Shown here: piece by piece, positions 15,855 through 25,659 of the stretch
Layout of the letters: each line of letters opens with the position of its first letter
How positions within the stretch are numbered: the first letter of the stretch is position 1
The notes under the pieces: generated by a model
Databases searched by the model: none
Seen by the model: only the letters and a program-made list of their open reading frames with translations
Told to the model about the DNA's origin: nothing
Translations under genes and position numbers: made by a program
Assembly (NCBI RefSeq): GCF_000148385.1
Contig: NC_014537.1
Span: forward strand, 2,310,001 to 2,342,000
Reading direction: 5' to 3'
DNA from: Vulcanisaeta distributa DSM 14429
Lineage (GTDB): Archaea > Thermoproteota > Thermoprotei > Thermoproteales > Thermocladiaceae
Length of the DNA: 32,000 nt

Positions 15855-17699
15855 ATGGCTGAGGACTTCGGGATTAGGACCGATAGGGAGTTACGTAGGG
15901 CCTTGGATAGGCGTAGGTTATTGTTTCTCTCAATAGGTGAAATAATTGGCGCAGGTTGGTTGTTTGCACCAATGTATGCCGCATCGTATGCAGGAGGTGC
16001 TGCCTTACTAGCTTGGATAATAGCTGGAGTAATAATACTTCTCATAGCATTCGCTAATGCCGAGATCGCCTCTGCAATACCGAAATCCGGCGCCCTCGTT
16101 AGATACCCACATTATGTATTTGGTGGCTTTGCAGGTTTCCTACTTGGTTGGTCTTATTTCTTAGCAATAACGGCTGTACCACCTACGGAGGCCTTAACGG
16201 CGACCAGATACTTATCATTCTTCTTCCCACAGTTATATAACACATCTACGGGCACATTAACGGTACTCGGATACGTGGTTGCCTACCTATTTCTTGCCTT
16301 GTTCGTTTATGTGAATTACATGGGCGTTAAGGCTGTTGGTGATGTTGTCTATGGCGTCGGTTGGTGGAAGCTTTTGATACCTTCAATAACCGCGATAATA
16401 ATGATAGCCTTGGCCTTCAACCCGGCCAACTTCACCGCAGGGGGCGGCTTCATACCAACAAGTGGTACCGCGCCATACACAGGCTGGGCAGCAGTGTTTT
16501 ACGCAATGCCCACCGGCGGCGTTTTATTTGCTTACCTTGGTTTTAGGCAAGCTATTGAGTATGGTGGTGAGGGTAGGAATCCCAGTAAGGATATACCATT
16601 TGCGGTCATAAGCGCGATCTTAATCGCGATGATTATTTACATGCTACTTGAGCTTGCATTCATAGGTGCGATTCATTGGGACGTGATTGGCATTAAGGAG
16701 GGCGCATGGTCGGCATTGAGGACATCCTCAATATCTAAGGCACCAATAGCTCAATTACTTGAATCACTTAAGTTCGTTATTCCCGCAGCGGCCGCCCTCC
16801 TAACGGCCTGGGTTATCGTATTTCTAACCGATGCTGTGGTTTCGCCTGCAGGCACTGGTTTCGTATCCACAGGGGGCGCAACGAGGGCTCTCTATGGTGT
16901 TGCTGCTGATGGTTATTTACCATCATGGTTCCTAACTTTAAGCCGAACTAAGATACCTAAGTGGTCTCTCATCACAATAGCGATACTTGGTGCTCTATAT
17001 CTATTACCATTTCCGACTTGGCAATCAATAGTTTCATTTACTACAGTTGGTAGGGTGCTCACGTACATGGTAATTGGCGGCATAGCTGTGCAAGCATTGA
17101 GAAGGACGGCGCCCGAGCTTCCTCGAGCATTTAAGCTATGGGCCATGCCAGTCTTAGCTCCACTTGCCACACTTGCAGCATCCCTTGTTATTTATTGGTC
17201 TGGATTTGGTACAGTGTCTAAGTTCTTCTTAGCGGTGTTCATAGGGTTGCCCATATACTTTGGTTATTATGCGTATAAGAGATTGAATGTAAGGCTCCCC
17301 ATCTCATTGACTCTGGGGCTTATCGATGCCGTGGGTATAGCAGCATCCTTCTCCTACTTCTATGGTTTAACCAAGGGGCTAAAGGTCTATAATGATATGG
17401 GGTTGTTCATGTACATTATAGTCACAGCCTTATTAGTATACATCAGCATGGCCGTGCTTTATTACCTAGGCAGTGAATATTTAAGAAAGGAGTTCAGGGC
17501 TGGTGTTTGGTTACCCACCTACATGATAGTGATCACGGTGCTTTCTTATTACGGCTCCTTCGGTCTGCACAAAGTCATACCGTTCCCCGTGGATACGGTG
17601 ATAGCAGCGGTGGTTACGTTAATATTCCATTACTGGGCTGTTTATAGTGCATTTAGAACTAAGGCCATAGATCAAATAATCGAGGAGATGAAGAAATAA
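15855..17699 (+). CDS. APC-superfamily amino-acid permease with an extra C-terminal multi-TM extension; candidate histidine importer by context
   Basis: The N-terminal block LSIGEIIGAGWLFAPMYA is typical of APC TM1. At 614 aa it has about 140 residues and roughly 4 additional hydrophobic helices beyond a 12-TM core. It is transcribed divergently from hutH. Confidence 0.85.
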   Translation: MAEDFGIRTDRELRRALDRRRLLFLSIGEIIGAGWLFAPMYAASYAGGAALLAWIIAGVIILLIAFANAEIASAIPKSGALVRYPHYVFGGFAGFLLGWSYFLAITAVPPTEALTATRYLSFFFPQLYNTSTGTLTVLGYVVAYLFLALFVYVNYMGVKAVGDVVYGVGWWKLLIPSITAIIMIALAFNPANFTAGGGFIPTSGTAPYTGWAAVFYAMPTGGVLFAYLGFRQAIEYGGEGRNPSKDIPFAVISAILIAMIIYMLLELAFIGAIHWDVIGIKEGAWSALRTSSISKAPIAQLLESLKFVIPAAAALLTAWVIVFLTDAVVSPAGTGFVSTGGATRALYGVAADGYLPSWFLTLSRTKIPKWSLITIAILGALYLLPFPTWQSIVSFTTVGRVLTYMVIGGIAVQALRRTAPELPRAFKLWAMPVLAPLATLAASLVIYWSGFGTVSKFFLAVFIGLPIYFGYYAYKRLNVRLPISLTLGLIDAVGIAASFSYFYGLTKGLKVYNDMGLFMYIIVTALLVYISMAVLYYLGSEYLRKEFRAGVWLPTYMIVITVLSYYGSFGLHKVIPFPVDTVIAAVVTLIFHYWAVYSAFRTKAIDQIIEEMKK

Positions 17700-17760
17700 A
17701 TAATATAATCATTAATATAGCGTTAAAACTAAAAATTGCGACTTTTCTTTATAATATATT

Positions 17761-18783
17761 ATGGGCATAAACATCAGTAATGGTGGCATGGTCGATTTAA
17801 TGTCTCTTATTTGGGAGGCTTGGGAGTTCATTAAGAGGATGGAGTTGTTGGGTTACGTGATTAGGACACCACTGTACAGGTCGGAATACTTATCGGGTAA
17901 TGACCTCAACGTTTACTTGAAACTGGAGAATTTACAGAGGAGTGGTAGTTTTAAGGTTAGGGGTGTGATCTTTGCGGTACATAAGTACATGCGTGAGGGT
18001 TATGAGCACTTCCTGACGGTATCCACGGGAAATCATGCCGTTGCGTTGGCATACGTGGCCAACATACTGAGGGTCAAGGCCACGGTGGTTGTTCCGGAGA
18101 CAACGCCAAGGTCTAAGGTTGAGGATATGGAGAGGTACGGCGCTGAGGTTATTAAGTATGGCAGATCATACGTGGAGGCCGAGAAAAGGGCCCTTGAGAT
18201 CGTTTCAAGTAACCCAAGGATTAAGCTTGTACACACATTCAATGATCACTACATAATTGCCGGTCATGCAACCATTGGGCTTGAGATACTTGAGGAACTG
18301 CCCAACGTTAACGCCATACTTATACCACTTGGTGGTGGCGCCTTACCGGCTGGTGTGTCTTACCTAATGAGGCATATTAAACCTGACGTAAGGGTTTATG
18401 GGGTTCAACCTGAGAGTGCGCCGTTTTACGTACTATCTCTTAAGGAGGGTAAGCCCGTGGTGCTAAGTGATATTAAGACAATAGCTGATGGACTCGCCTC
18501 AAGACCTGGCGAGATACCCTTTGAGTACATAAGGCGCTATCTAGATAATGTACTCCTAGTCAGTGAGGGCGACATTGAGAGGGCGATATACCTATTATTG
18601 AAGTATGAGCACGTTGTGGCAGAGGGGGCTGGCGCCATAGCCATAGGACCCATAATCAATGGCGACCTAATAAGGAGACTTAATCAACGTGGTGCCTACA
18701 ACGTAGTTGCCATAATAACCGGTAGCCACATTGATATAGATAGGCTAAGGAAAATACTTGAAAATGCCTATGATAAACATTGA
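17761..18783 (+). CDS. PLP-dependent threonine/serine dehydratase (Trp-synthase-beta fold, no ACT regulatory domain)
   Basis: The PLP-lysine motif is QRSGSFKVRGV, with STGNHA and a glycine loop PLGGGAL. The A/T box CTTTATAATA at 17747-17756 abuts the track ATG, so Met10 (17788) may be the true start. Confidence 0.8.
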   Translation: MGINISNGGMVDLMSLIWEAWEFIKRMELLGYVIRTPLYRSEYLSGNDLNVYLKLENLQRSGSFKVRGVIFAVHKYMREGYEHFLTVSTGNHAVALAYVANILRVKATVVVPETTPRSKVEDMERYGAEVIKYGRSYVEAEKRALEIVSSNPRIKLVHTFNDHYIIAGHATIGLEILEELPNVNAILIPLGGGALPAGVSYLMRHIKPDVRVYGVQPESAPFYVLSLKEGKPVVLSDIKTIADGLASRPGEIPFEYIRRYLDNVLLVSEGDIERAIYLLLKYEHVVAEGAGAIAIGPIINGDLIRRLNQRGAYNVVAIITGSHIDIDRLRKILENAYDKH

Positions 18784-19949
18784 CTTATTGCTTTTATTCC
18801 CTCCCTTATGGCTTCCTCGTTTTCCTTTGCGAAAGTCAACCTTAAATGATCCCTACCACCTTCCCCAAAGGCCGACCCTGGCACTGCTGCTACATGGCAT
18901 TGCCTGAGTAGCTTCATTACAAAATCCACATCACCCATACCAAGTCTCTTAAGGTATGGCTTTAGATTTGGAAACATGAATAAACCCGCCCTCGGCTTTA
19001 CCACAATCACATCGGACAAGTACTCCCTGATGGCTTTATACATGGTTTCCATCCTTGATTTGTAGATTGGTAGGGTCTCACTTAGGTACTTCTCCTTATA
19101 CTTCCTGAGATATAGCAACCCCGCATACTGGGCTGGTGTTGGTGGATTTAGGTTCGTGTACTGCTTAACCCTGTTGAATACCTTTATGAAGTCTTCATGA
19201 GCAATCACATAGCCTAATCTCCATCCCGGCATTGCCGGATCCTTCGAAAACGTATTCAGTGCAATGACATTCTCAAGACCATACCTAATGGCGTATGTGT
19301 GAGAGCCCTCGTAATAGAGGTGCCTATATGCCTCATCATATATGAGGAACGCATCATAGTCACGGACTAAGTCAATTAACAACTTAATCATTGATTCACT
19401 CAGGACCCTGCCCGTTGGGTTATCTGGATTGACGGCTATTACCGCCTTAACCCTCCTATTCATCACGGCCTTAACATCCTCCTCGCTCGGCTCCCAACCA
19501 AGCTCCTCCCTCGCCCTAACCCTAACAACCCTACCACCCAGGTAATTAATGACTGGTTCGTACATTAGGTATGTTGGGTCGAAGAGTACGACTTCATCAC
19601 CCTCATCGATTATAGCCATGAGAGCCGCTAGTATAGCCTCGGCAGAACCTGCGGTCACTGAAACATTGACATTACCTACCTTAACCCCTGAGTACTTTGT
19701 GTAGTCTTCGGCTATTGCTTCTCTCAGTTCCTCAATACCACTACTTGGCGTGTACATGCTATATTCGAAGGGTTTCTCGAGGAGCTCCCTCGTAAACTCA
19801 AGGAGCAAATCTCTACTGGGCGGAAGGCCAGGCTGACCAATATGAAACTCAAAAACCCTAACACCAAAACCCCTAAGCCTAACAACCTCCTCATTAACAC
19901 CCCTAATTGCGGATCCAGGGAATGCATTGCTCCTTGTTGAGACCCTCAC
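18768..19949 (-). CDS. Class I/II (aspartate-type) PLP aminotransferase
   Basis: The motif NTFSKDPAMPGWRLGY carries the PLP lysine in SK. Other blocks are NPDNPTG and YDEAY. The size is 393 aa. Confidence 0.85.
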   Translation of the reverse strand: MRVSTRSNAFPGSAIRGVNEEVVRLRGFGVRVFEFHIGQPGLPPSRDLLLEFTRELLEKPFEYSMYTPSSGIEELREAIAEDYTKYSGVKVGNVNVSVTAGSAEAILAALMAIIDEGDEVVLFDPTYLMYEPVINYLGGRVVRVRAREELGWEPSEEDVKAVMNRRVKAVIAVNPDNPTGRVLSESMIKLLIDLVRDYDAFLIYDEAYRHLYYEGSHTYAIRYGLENVIALNTFSKDPAMPGWRLGYVIAHEDFIKVFNRVKQYTNLNPPTPAQYAGLLYLRKYKEKYLSETLPIYKSRMETMYKAIREYLSDVIVVKPRAGLFMFPNLKPYLKRLGMGDVDFVMKLLRQCHVAAVPGSAFGEGGRDHLRLTFAKENEEAIREGIKAISQCLS

Positions 19950-20004
19950 GGTACGTAGGGAATAGTACGTGTTTATAAAGGTTACTCTTGTTAAATATAT
20001 TCCA

Positions 20005-21117
20005 TTATATTTTACTCATTATATCTATATACTTTAAGCCACTACCCGTTAGTACTATCACGACTTCATCATCCTTACTTAGATAATTGCTATTCAGTAA
20101 CTTCATATAGCCAGGGAGAACTATTGCACTGCTTGGTTCGATAATGAACCCCCTCCTTAGTAATAACTTCCATGATTGCAGAAGCTCATCATCCATAATC
20201 ACTAGCACATCACCATTACTTCTCCTGATGGCGTTGACCAACTGCTCAAGTCGTGGTGGATTAGATACTCTAAGTGCATCTGCAAGTTTCGTTGGCTCCT
20301 TCATGGATTCACCATGCATCTTCTCATAAAGGCTTGCAAATCCCTGGGCCTGTACAGCGTATAATCTCGGCATCTTATTAATGAGACCGAGATTCAACAG
20401 CTCGTTAAAGCCAATCCATAGGCCGAGGAGTAACGTACCCGCTGATACTGGAAGAACTACTGCATCGGGGACATGCCCTAATTGATCAAGCAATTCGTAT
20501 GCCAGGGTTTTCGTACCCTGCAAAAACCAGGGGTTCCATGCATGCCCAACGTATACTTCACTAGGTCCTACGGAGTCAATGGCCATTTTACCTGCCTCAG
20601 CCCTAGAAGGAGCCTCGATTAACTCAGCCCCCAACGACCTTATAAGGCTCTTCTTACCCTCAGGCGCGTCCCTAGGTACGTATATCCTAGCCTTAATGCC
20701 AGCCGCGGCTGCGTATGCCGCTATAGAGATCCCAGCATTACCACTTGAATCCTCGACCACAGCCCTAGCGCCAAATTCAAGGGCCTTAGACACGGCGACG
20801 GCAGAACCCCTGTCCTTAAACGAACCAGTTGGATTGAGATACTCAAGTTTTAGATAAACATTCTTACCGAGGAAGGATGCATTAATCAACGGTGTAAGAC
20901 CCTCACCAAGACTAACAAAGGGCCTTGCAGGTATTACACTGGAGAATCTCCATAAGTCCCTACGCTCACTAAGTGTGAGCCTTAAACCATCAATGATCAA
21001 ATCAAGTGGGCCACCGCACTTAGGGCATCGCCAAAACCATGAAGATGCCTCAGTAGTATAACCGCACCTTAAACACCTATACCACACCCTCATACATTGA
21101 CTTATTAATTCATGCAT
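20005..21117 (-). CDS. thrC: Threonine synthase (short archaeal type with N-terminal zinc ribbon)
   Basis: The zinc ribbon is CLRCG...CPKCGG. The PLP-lysine motif is NPTGSFKDRGS, with SSGNAG. The start may be Met9 (21093). Confidence 0.75.
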   Translation of the reverse strand: MHELISQCMRVWYRCLRCGYTTEASSWFWRCPKCGGPLDLIIDGLRLTLSERRDLWRFSSVIPARPFVSLGEGLTPLINASFLGKNVYLKLEYLNPTGSFKDRGSAVAVSKALEFGARAVVEDSSGNAGISIAAYAAAAGIKARIYVPRDAPEGKKSLIRSLGAELIEAPSRAEAGKMAIDSVGPSEVYVGHAWNPWFLQGTKTLAYELLDQLGHVPDAVVLPVSAGTLLLGLWIGFNELLNLGLINKMPRLYAVQAQGFASLYEKMHGESMKEPTKLADALRVSNPPRLEQLVNAIRRSNGDVLVIMDDELLQSWKLLLRRGFIIEPSSAIVLPGYMKLLNSNYLSKDDEVVIVLTGSGLKYIDIMSKI

Positions 21118-21157
21118 TAAATTAATTTTTCGTAAACAATGGATTTACTGCTACGTT

Positions 21158-22924
21158 TCAGTCATGGACGTAAATGAACCTATCACGTTCCACCTTCTTT
21201 ACAAAACCATACCTCATAAATTGTATTATCTCACCATTACTTACCTGCTCCACCCCCGGCTCCGCAAGCCCCACATCCTCAACGAGCTTTAAGTCCTCAG
21301 GCCTTACAACTCTCATCGGCAACCCATTGGGTGGTACCCATTGGATTATTGGAGCATTAACCCTCCTGGCGCTCTCAAGGTCCCTGCTATGTATCCTGGC
21401 GGTTAATGAATCACTGCCCTTACTCATCACCTCTATGTTCGCGAGTTCCATCAGTCGAATTACTGAGCCGGGGCCCGCCTTATCATAATCTGATTTACTT
21501 ATGAATACCGTTATCTCATTATTGATAGGTTTTAGAGTTAATGTCCTAAATCCACGCTCTGGGTATGATGGGTGCATTGGTAGTTTAGCCGTTAACTCCT
21601 CCGTAACCCCCTCAATTATTACCTTGATGGGGTCTATCACGGCCATGTACCTATTAGCCTTTGGTTCGATTATCTTCCTATTCTCAGCAAATAGGTTTGC
21701 TGAGGATATCGTGGCATCCGTGGGCTTAACACCGACTTGCAGCATTATATTCCAAATGGCCTCTGGCTGAATACCCCTATTCCTAAGGCCTGCGAGTGTT
21801 GGTAACCTAATGTCGTCCCACTTAATACCAAGCGCCTTTAACTTAGTCTTACTTAATGTCATGCCCACAATCTTAAGCCTACCAAAATGAATAGCCTCGG
21901 GCTGCTCCCAACCCATATGCACATAAATGAAGGATTGCTTAATGGTATTTACCGAGTGCTCCTGAGCCCTAAGTATATGTGTTATACCCATTAGGTGGTC
22001 ATCGACAGACACGGAGAAGTTATACGTTGGCCAAACAATGTATTTAGAACCAACCCTTGGGTGTGGGTACTTAGTCGTGTCTATGATCCTCATGGCAACC
22101 CAATCCCTAACGCTTGGGTCTGGGTGCTGAAGATCAGTCTTTATCACCATGACCGCCTCACCCTCCTTATAATGACCCTCAAGCATTCTATCGAAAAGCT
22201 CAAGGTTAACGCTTGGGTCAGCATCCCTATTCTTACAGGGCTTACCGGTTACCTTAGACTTTTTCCAATCATCAGGTGTGCACCCACTATCCTTAGCAGC
22301 AACGTAGGCACCACCCTTCTCAAGAATCTTCCTAGCAATTTCATAGTAAATCCCCAATCTATCTGACTGTATATACTCCTCATCCCACCTAATACCAAGC
22401 CACCTCAGGTCCTCCTTAATTGCGTCATAGGCCTCAGGAAGCGGCCTCTTGGTCCTTGGGTCGGTATCCTCAAACCTAAGTATGAACTTAGCCTTCTTAC
22501 CCAAGCCCTCATATTTTAGTTTATATGCATAATTTATGATAGCCGGCCTAGCACTGCCCAGGTGAAGTACGAAGTCAGGGTTTGGAGCGAACCTTAGGGT
22601 TATCACTTCATACTTACTATCATTGGGTAGTGGTGGCAAATCCTCAATTCCCTTCTTATAGGTCTCAACCTTCCTCTCCCCAAGGGCCTCAGGCCATTTA
22701 CTCATTAGTAGATTTCTTTGTTCATCAATGCTTAGGGAGTTCACGTAATCGATGACTTCCTTAACGATTTGGGCGACTTCCTTGGCCATGGGCCTAAGTG
22801 ATGGGTCCTCAGCAAATACCTTAGAAATTACTGCATTCATACTTGCCTTTCCATTGAACTTTACGGCATTGATTAATGCATGCTTTAGGGCAATGTCCTT
22901 AACCCTATCCTTGTCCACGGACAC
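21158..22924 (-). CDS. gltX: Glutamyl-tRNA synthetase, archaeal type
   Basis: The class I HIGH-type motif is [16 protein letters not shown] and the KMSKS-type motif is MTLSKTK. The N-terminal and anticodon-binding regions are archaeal/eukaryal-like. The size is 588 aa and the start is GTG. Confidence 0.93.
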   Translation of the reverse strand: MSVDKDRVKDIALKHALINAVKFNGKASMNAVISKVFAEDPSLRPMAKEVAQIVKEVIDYVNSLSIDEQRNLLMSKWPEALGERKVETYKKGIEDLPPLPNDSKYEVITLRFAPNPDFVLHLGSARPAIINYAYKLKYEGLGKKAKFILRFEDTDPRTKRPLPEAYDAIKEDLRWLGIRWDEEYIQSDRLGIYYEIARKILEKGGAYVAAKDSGCTPDDWKKSKVTGKPCKNRDADPSVNLELFDRMLEGHYKEGEAVMVIKTDLQHPDPSVRDWVAMRIIDTTKYPHPRVGSKYIVWPTYNFSVSVDDHLMGITHILRAQEHSVNTIKQSFIYVHMGWEQPEAIHFGRLKIVGMTLSKTKLKALGIKWDDIRLPTLAGLRNRGIQPEAIWNIMLQVGVKPTDATISSANLFAENRKIIEPKANRYMAVIDPIKVIIEGVTEELTAKLPMHPSYPERGFRTLTLKPINNEITVFISKSDYDKAGPGSVIRLMELANIEVMSKGSDSLTARIHSRDLESARRVNAPIIQWVPPNGLPMRVVRPEDLKLVEDVGLAEPGVEQVSNGEIIQFMRYGFVKKVERDRFIYVHD

Positions 22925-22946
22925 GCTAGTTAGTTAAAATGGAATC

Positions 22947-22954
22947 TTTTTAAA
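22947..22954. promoter_or_regulatory. Single central A/T box (TTTTTAAA) in the 51-bp gltX/hutI divergent spacer
   Basis: It lies at -29..-22 from the hutI ATG (22976) and at -23..-30 from the gltX GTG (22924). Confidence 0.45.
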
Positions 22955-22975
22955 CATACGCTAAGCGATTGCATT

Positions 22976-24226
22976 ATGGGTAAGGTCTCCTTACTCATTG
23001 GTCCAATTAGGCAACTGGTTACTGCTAAATCAATGCCCTGGAGGTACGGAGACCCAGTATTAGTTATTGAGGATGCGGGTATTGCCATTGAGGGCGATAA
23101 GATAGTAGATGTTGGCTCGTGGAACTCCATCAGCAGGAAGTATGAGGGTAAGTGTAGGGTCTCTGCTGAGGAATCCCTGGTAACGGCTGGTCTTGTGGAT
23201 CCCCATACGCACCTGCTCTTTGCTGGTTCTAGGGAGGATGAGCTTGAGCTTAAGCTGGAGGGTGTCCCGTACGAGGAAATACTCAGGAGAGGTGGTGGTA
23301 TCTACAGGACTGTTAATGCCACGGTTAGTGCAACGGATGATGAACTTAAGAAAATCCTACTTAGTAGGTTATTTGAGGTTACGAGGTACGGCACAACCAC
23401 GATAGAGGTTAAGAGTGGTTATGGAATTGATCCAAGCCAGGAAATTAGACTTCTCAGGATAATTAATGAATCGTTAACAAGCGCGCCCATAGATGTTGTA
23501 TCAACGTATTTAATTCATGTACCGCCGAGAAACATGGATAGGAGGGAGTACATCAATGCAGTAATAGGTTCTCTTGATGAGGCAAAGAAACTGGCGAGGT
23601 TCATAGACGTGTTCTGCGATGAGGGAGCTTTTACGGTTCAGGAAACCAGGGACATCCTTAGGGAAGCATCGAAGAGGGGTTTCGGTTTAAGACTTCACGC
23701 CGATGAAATAGCCTATATTGGGTGCAGTGACTTAGTTAAGGAATTTAACGTTGTATCACTCGATCATCTACTGAACTTACCTGAGCAGAACGCTAGGTCA
23801 ATTGCCGAGAGAGGTTCAGTAGCGACTCTATTGCCCATAACAATACTTTCACTAATGAGTAGTAAGAGACCGCCGGTCAAGGCATTAAGGAATGCAGGTG
23901 TACCCATGGCACTTGGTACTGACTTTAGTCCGAACTCCTGGTCCTTAAATATGCAGTACGCGATGGAGTTAGCCACATACCTACTCGGTATGACTCCTCT
24001 TGAGGTCTTAATGGCGGCTACGGTGAATGCCGCATATAGCCTAAGCCTTAGGGATAGGGGTGTTTTACAGCCTGGTTACTTGGCGGATATAGTCATTTGG
24101 GATATACCTAATTATAGATGGTTAAGTTATGAGTTGGGTAGGAATAAGGTATTAACCGTTATAAAGAGGGGTGCGGTACTTGAGTCAACGCTGATGGGTA
24201 CCGTGATTAGTAAAGAATGTGCTTGA
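22976..24226 (+). CDS. hutI: Imidazolonepropionase
   Basis: Amidohydrolase metal motifs are GLVDPHTHLLFAGSR, EVKSGYG, LHADE and GTDFSPN. The size is 416 aa. Confidence 0.93.
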   Translation: MGKVSLLIGPIRQLVTAKSMPWRYGDPVLVIEDAGIAIEGDKIVDVGSWNSISRKYEGKCRVSAEESLVTAGLVDPHTHLLFAGSREDELELKLEGVPYEEILRRGGGIYRTVNATVSATDDELKKILLSRLFEVTRYGTTTIEVKSGYGIDPSQEIRLLRIINESLTSAPIDVVSTYLIHVPPRNMDRREYINAVIGSLDEAKKLARFIDVFCDEGAFTVQETRDILREASKRGFGLRLHADEIAYIGCSDLVKEFNVVSLDHLLNLPEQNARSIAERGSVATLLPITILSLMSSKRPPVKALRNAGVPMALGTDFSPNSWSLNMQYAMELATYLLGMTPLEVLMAATVNAAYSLSLRDRGVLQPGYLADIVIWDIPNYRWLSYELGRNKVLTVIKRGAVLESTLMGTVISKECA

Positions 24227-24269
24227 AAGCTTTATTTATCTACATATCAGGGCTTATTAATGACCATCA

Positions 24270-24704
24270 ATGGAGGTTAAGCTTGACCCTGAGGAGGAGT
24301 ACGTAGTAATGCCATTAAGCATCTTGGAGAGGATTTTGAGGTATGCGATGGTTGTTTGCCAGGAGCATTGCCCAGCCGGTAGGGATCCGGCAACATGCCC
24401 ATACATAGTTAACTTAACAAGGCAGGTTGGGTTGAGCCCACCACCCTGCATTAATGATTATGGTGAGTATAGGCTCGAGACGTTTAAGGTCTTGATTAAG
24501 GATTTGGAGCGTAAATACGGTATGGGTATTGAGGATTTTGTGAATATGATTAGGAGGAGGAAGCCAAGAAGTCTTGAGGAGCAGACGGATTTCATGGAGG
24601 CAACATTTTATCTCGGCGTGCTTAGAGAATTAAGCAACATGAGGAGTATTTACATTACGAGGGGCTCGAACATAAGTATTAAGGAGGCTGTCGTGGTTAA
24701 GTAA
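24270..24704 (+). CDS. Hypothetical 144-aa protein with a C-x3-C-x8-C-x16-C cluster
   Basis: Intact ORF with the A/T box CTTTATTTATC about 35 nt upstream. The cysteines lie in VVCQEHCPAGRDPATCPYIVNLTRQVGLSPPPC. No family was recognised. Confidence 0.5.
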   Translation: MEVKLDPEEEYVVMPLSILERILRYAMVVCQEHCPAGRDPATCPYIVNLTRQVGLSPPPCINDYGEYRLETFKVLIKDLERKYGMGIEDFVNMIRRRKPRSLEEQTDFMEATFYLGVLRELSNMRSIYITRGSNISIKEAVVVK

Positions 24705-25659
24705 TAAATGCTAATAGCGAGAGTGAGGCTAGGCTCGTTATTAGGAACAGTATTAATATATCGCGGACAACCTCCCTCTCGGTCTTTGGTCTTCTCATTA
24801 CCATCAACTTGACTAGTGTGATTGGTGATCCAGGGACTTTATTTGCGTGAATTACTCCGTCATTCACAATTACGGGTCTCTTCAGGTTTTCCCTGGGCTT
24901 GAAGCCCCTCGCCGTTATGACTATTAAGAAGCCATTTATTATGTATGGCAGTGCCGATATCACGCCCTGGGTCCCGGCGTTATATAAAACCATGAATGCG
25001 CCTATCATTGCCCCAAGTGCGTAACTACCTACATTACCATTAAACACCTTGGCAGGGTACCAGTTAAATACGGCCAGCGGTAGCACCGTGAGCACGAGTA
25101 TTAACGTGGCTGGTAAGGCATAGTCAAAGCCGGCCATGTACGAGATGAGCCCACTAACGGTTATTATCATCAACGTAGATACTGGGACTATACCATTCAT
25201 CACGTCAAGCATGTTAACGGCGTTAGCCATAACCGTAACTGCGAGCATCGAGAGAAAGGCCACAACGAAGAAGTTGTGGACATGACCTATCAGGAGTATG
25301 TATATGTAGCCGTGAACGACCACGGGGATTATCAATGACGGCACCAATGGCAAAAACACCCTAACACTCACGGGCAATCCCCTGAGGTCATCGACAAGCC
25401 CTATCAAACCTACTGTCAGGGTTACGAGACCTAACGCAAGCAACCTAGCGTCATTAATCAAGTAGGCAATTAACGTAATAACACCTGTGGCAGTTAATAC
25501 GGAGACTCCGCCAATCTTAGGCACCAACACCTTATATGGCTTATGGACATCCGGCGCCAGTAATTTCGGATTCCTTAACCTGGATATTGCGTATACTGTG
25601 ATCAGTGAGATTACGAAGGATACTACGGCAATTAATACGTAATTTATACTAATGATCAT
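24697..25659 (-). CDS. GT4-family polyprenyl-phosphate HexNAc-1-phosphate transferase (MraY/WecA/AglH-like)
   Basis: Motifs are GLVDDLRGL, NAVNMLDVMNG and FNWYPAKVFNGNVGSYALG, with about 10 TM helices. It overlaps the upstream epimerase gene by 4 nt. Confidence 0.85.
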   Translation of the reverse strand: MIISINYVLIAVVSFVISLITVYAISRLRNPKLLAPDVHKPYKVLVPKIGGVSVLTATGVITLIAYLINDARLLALGLVTLTVGLIGLVDDLRGLPVSVRVFLPLVPSLIIPVVVHGYIYILLIGHVHNFFVVAFLSMLAVTVMANAVNMLDVMNGIVPVSTLMIITVSGLISYMAGFDYALPATLILVLTVLPLAVFNWYPAKVFNGNVGSYALGAMIGAFMVLYNAGTQGVISALPYIINGFLIVITARGFKPRENLKRPVIVNDGVIHANKVPGSPITLVKLMVMRRPKTEREVVRDILILFLITSLASLSLLAFIT

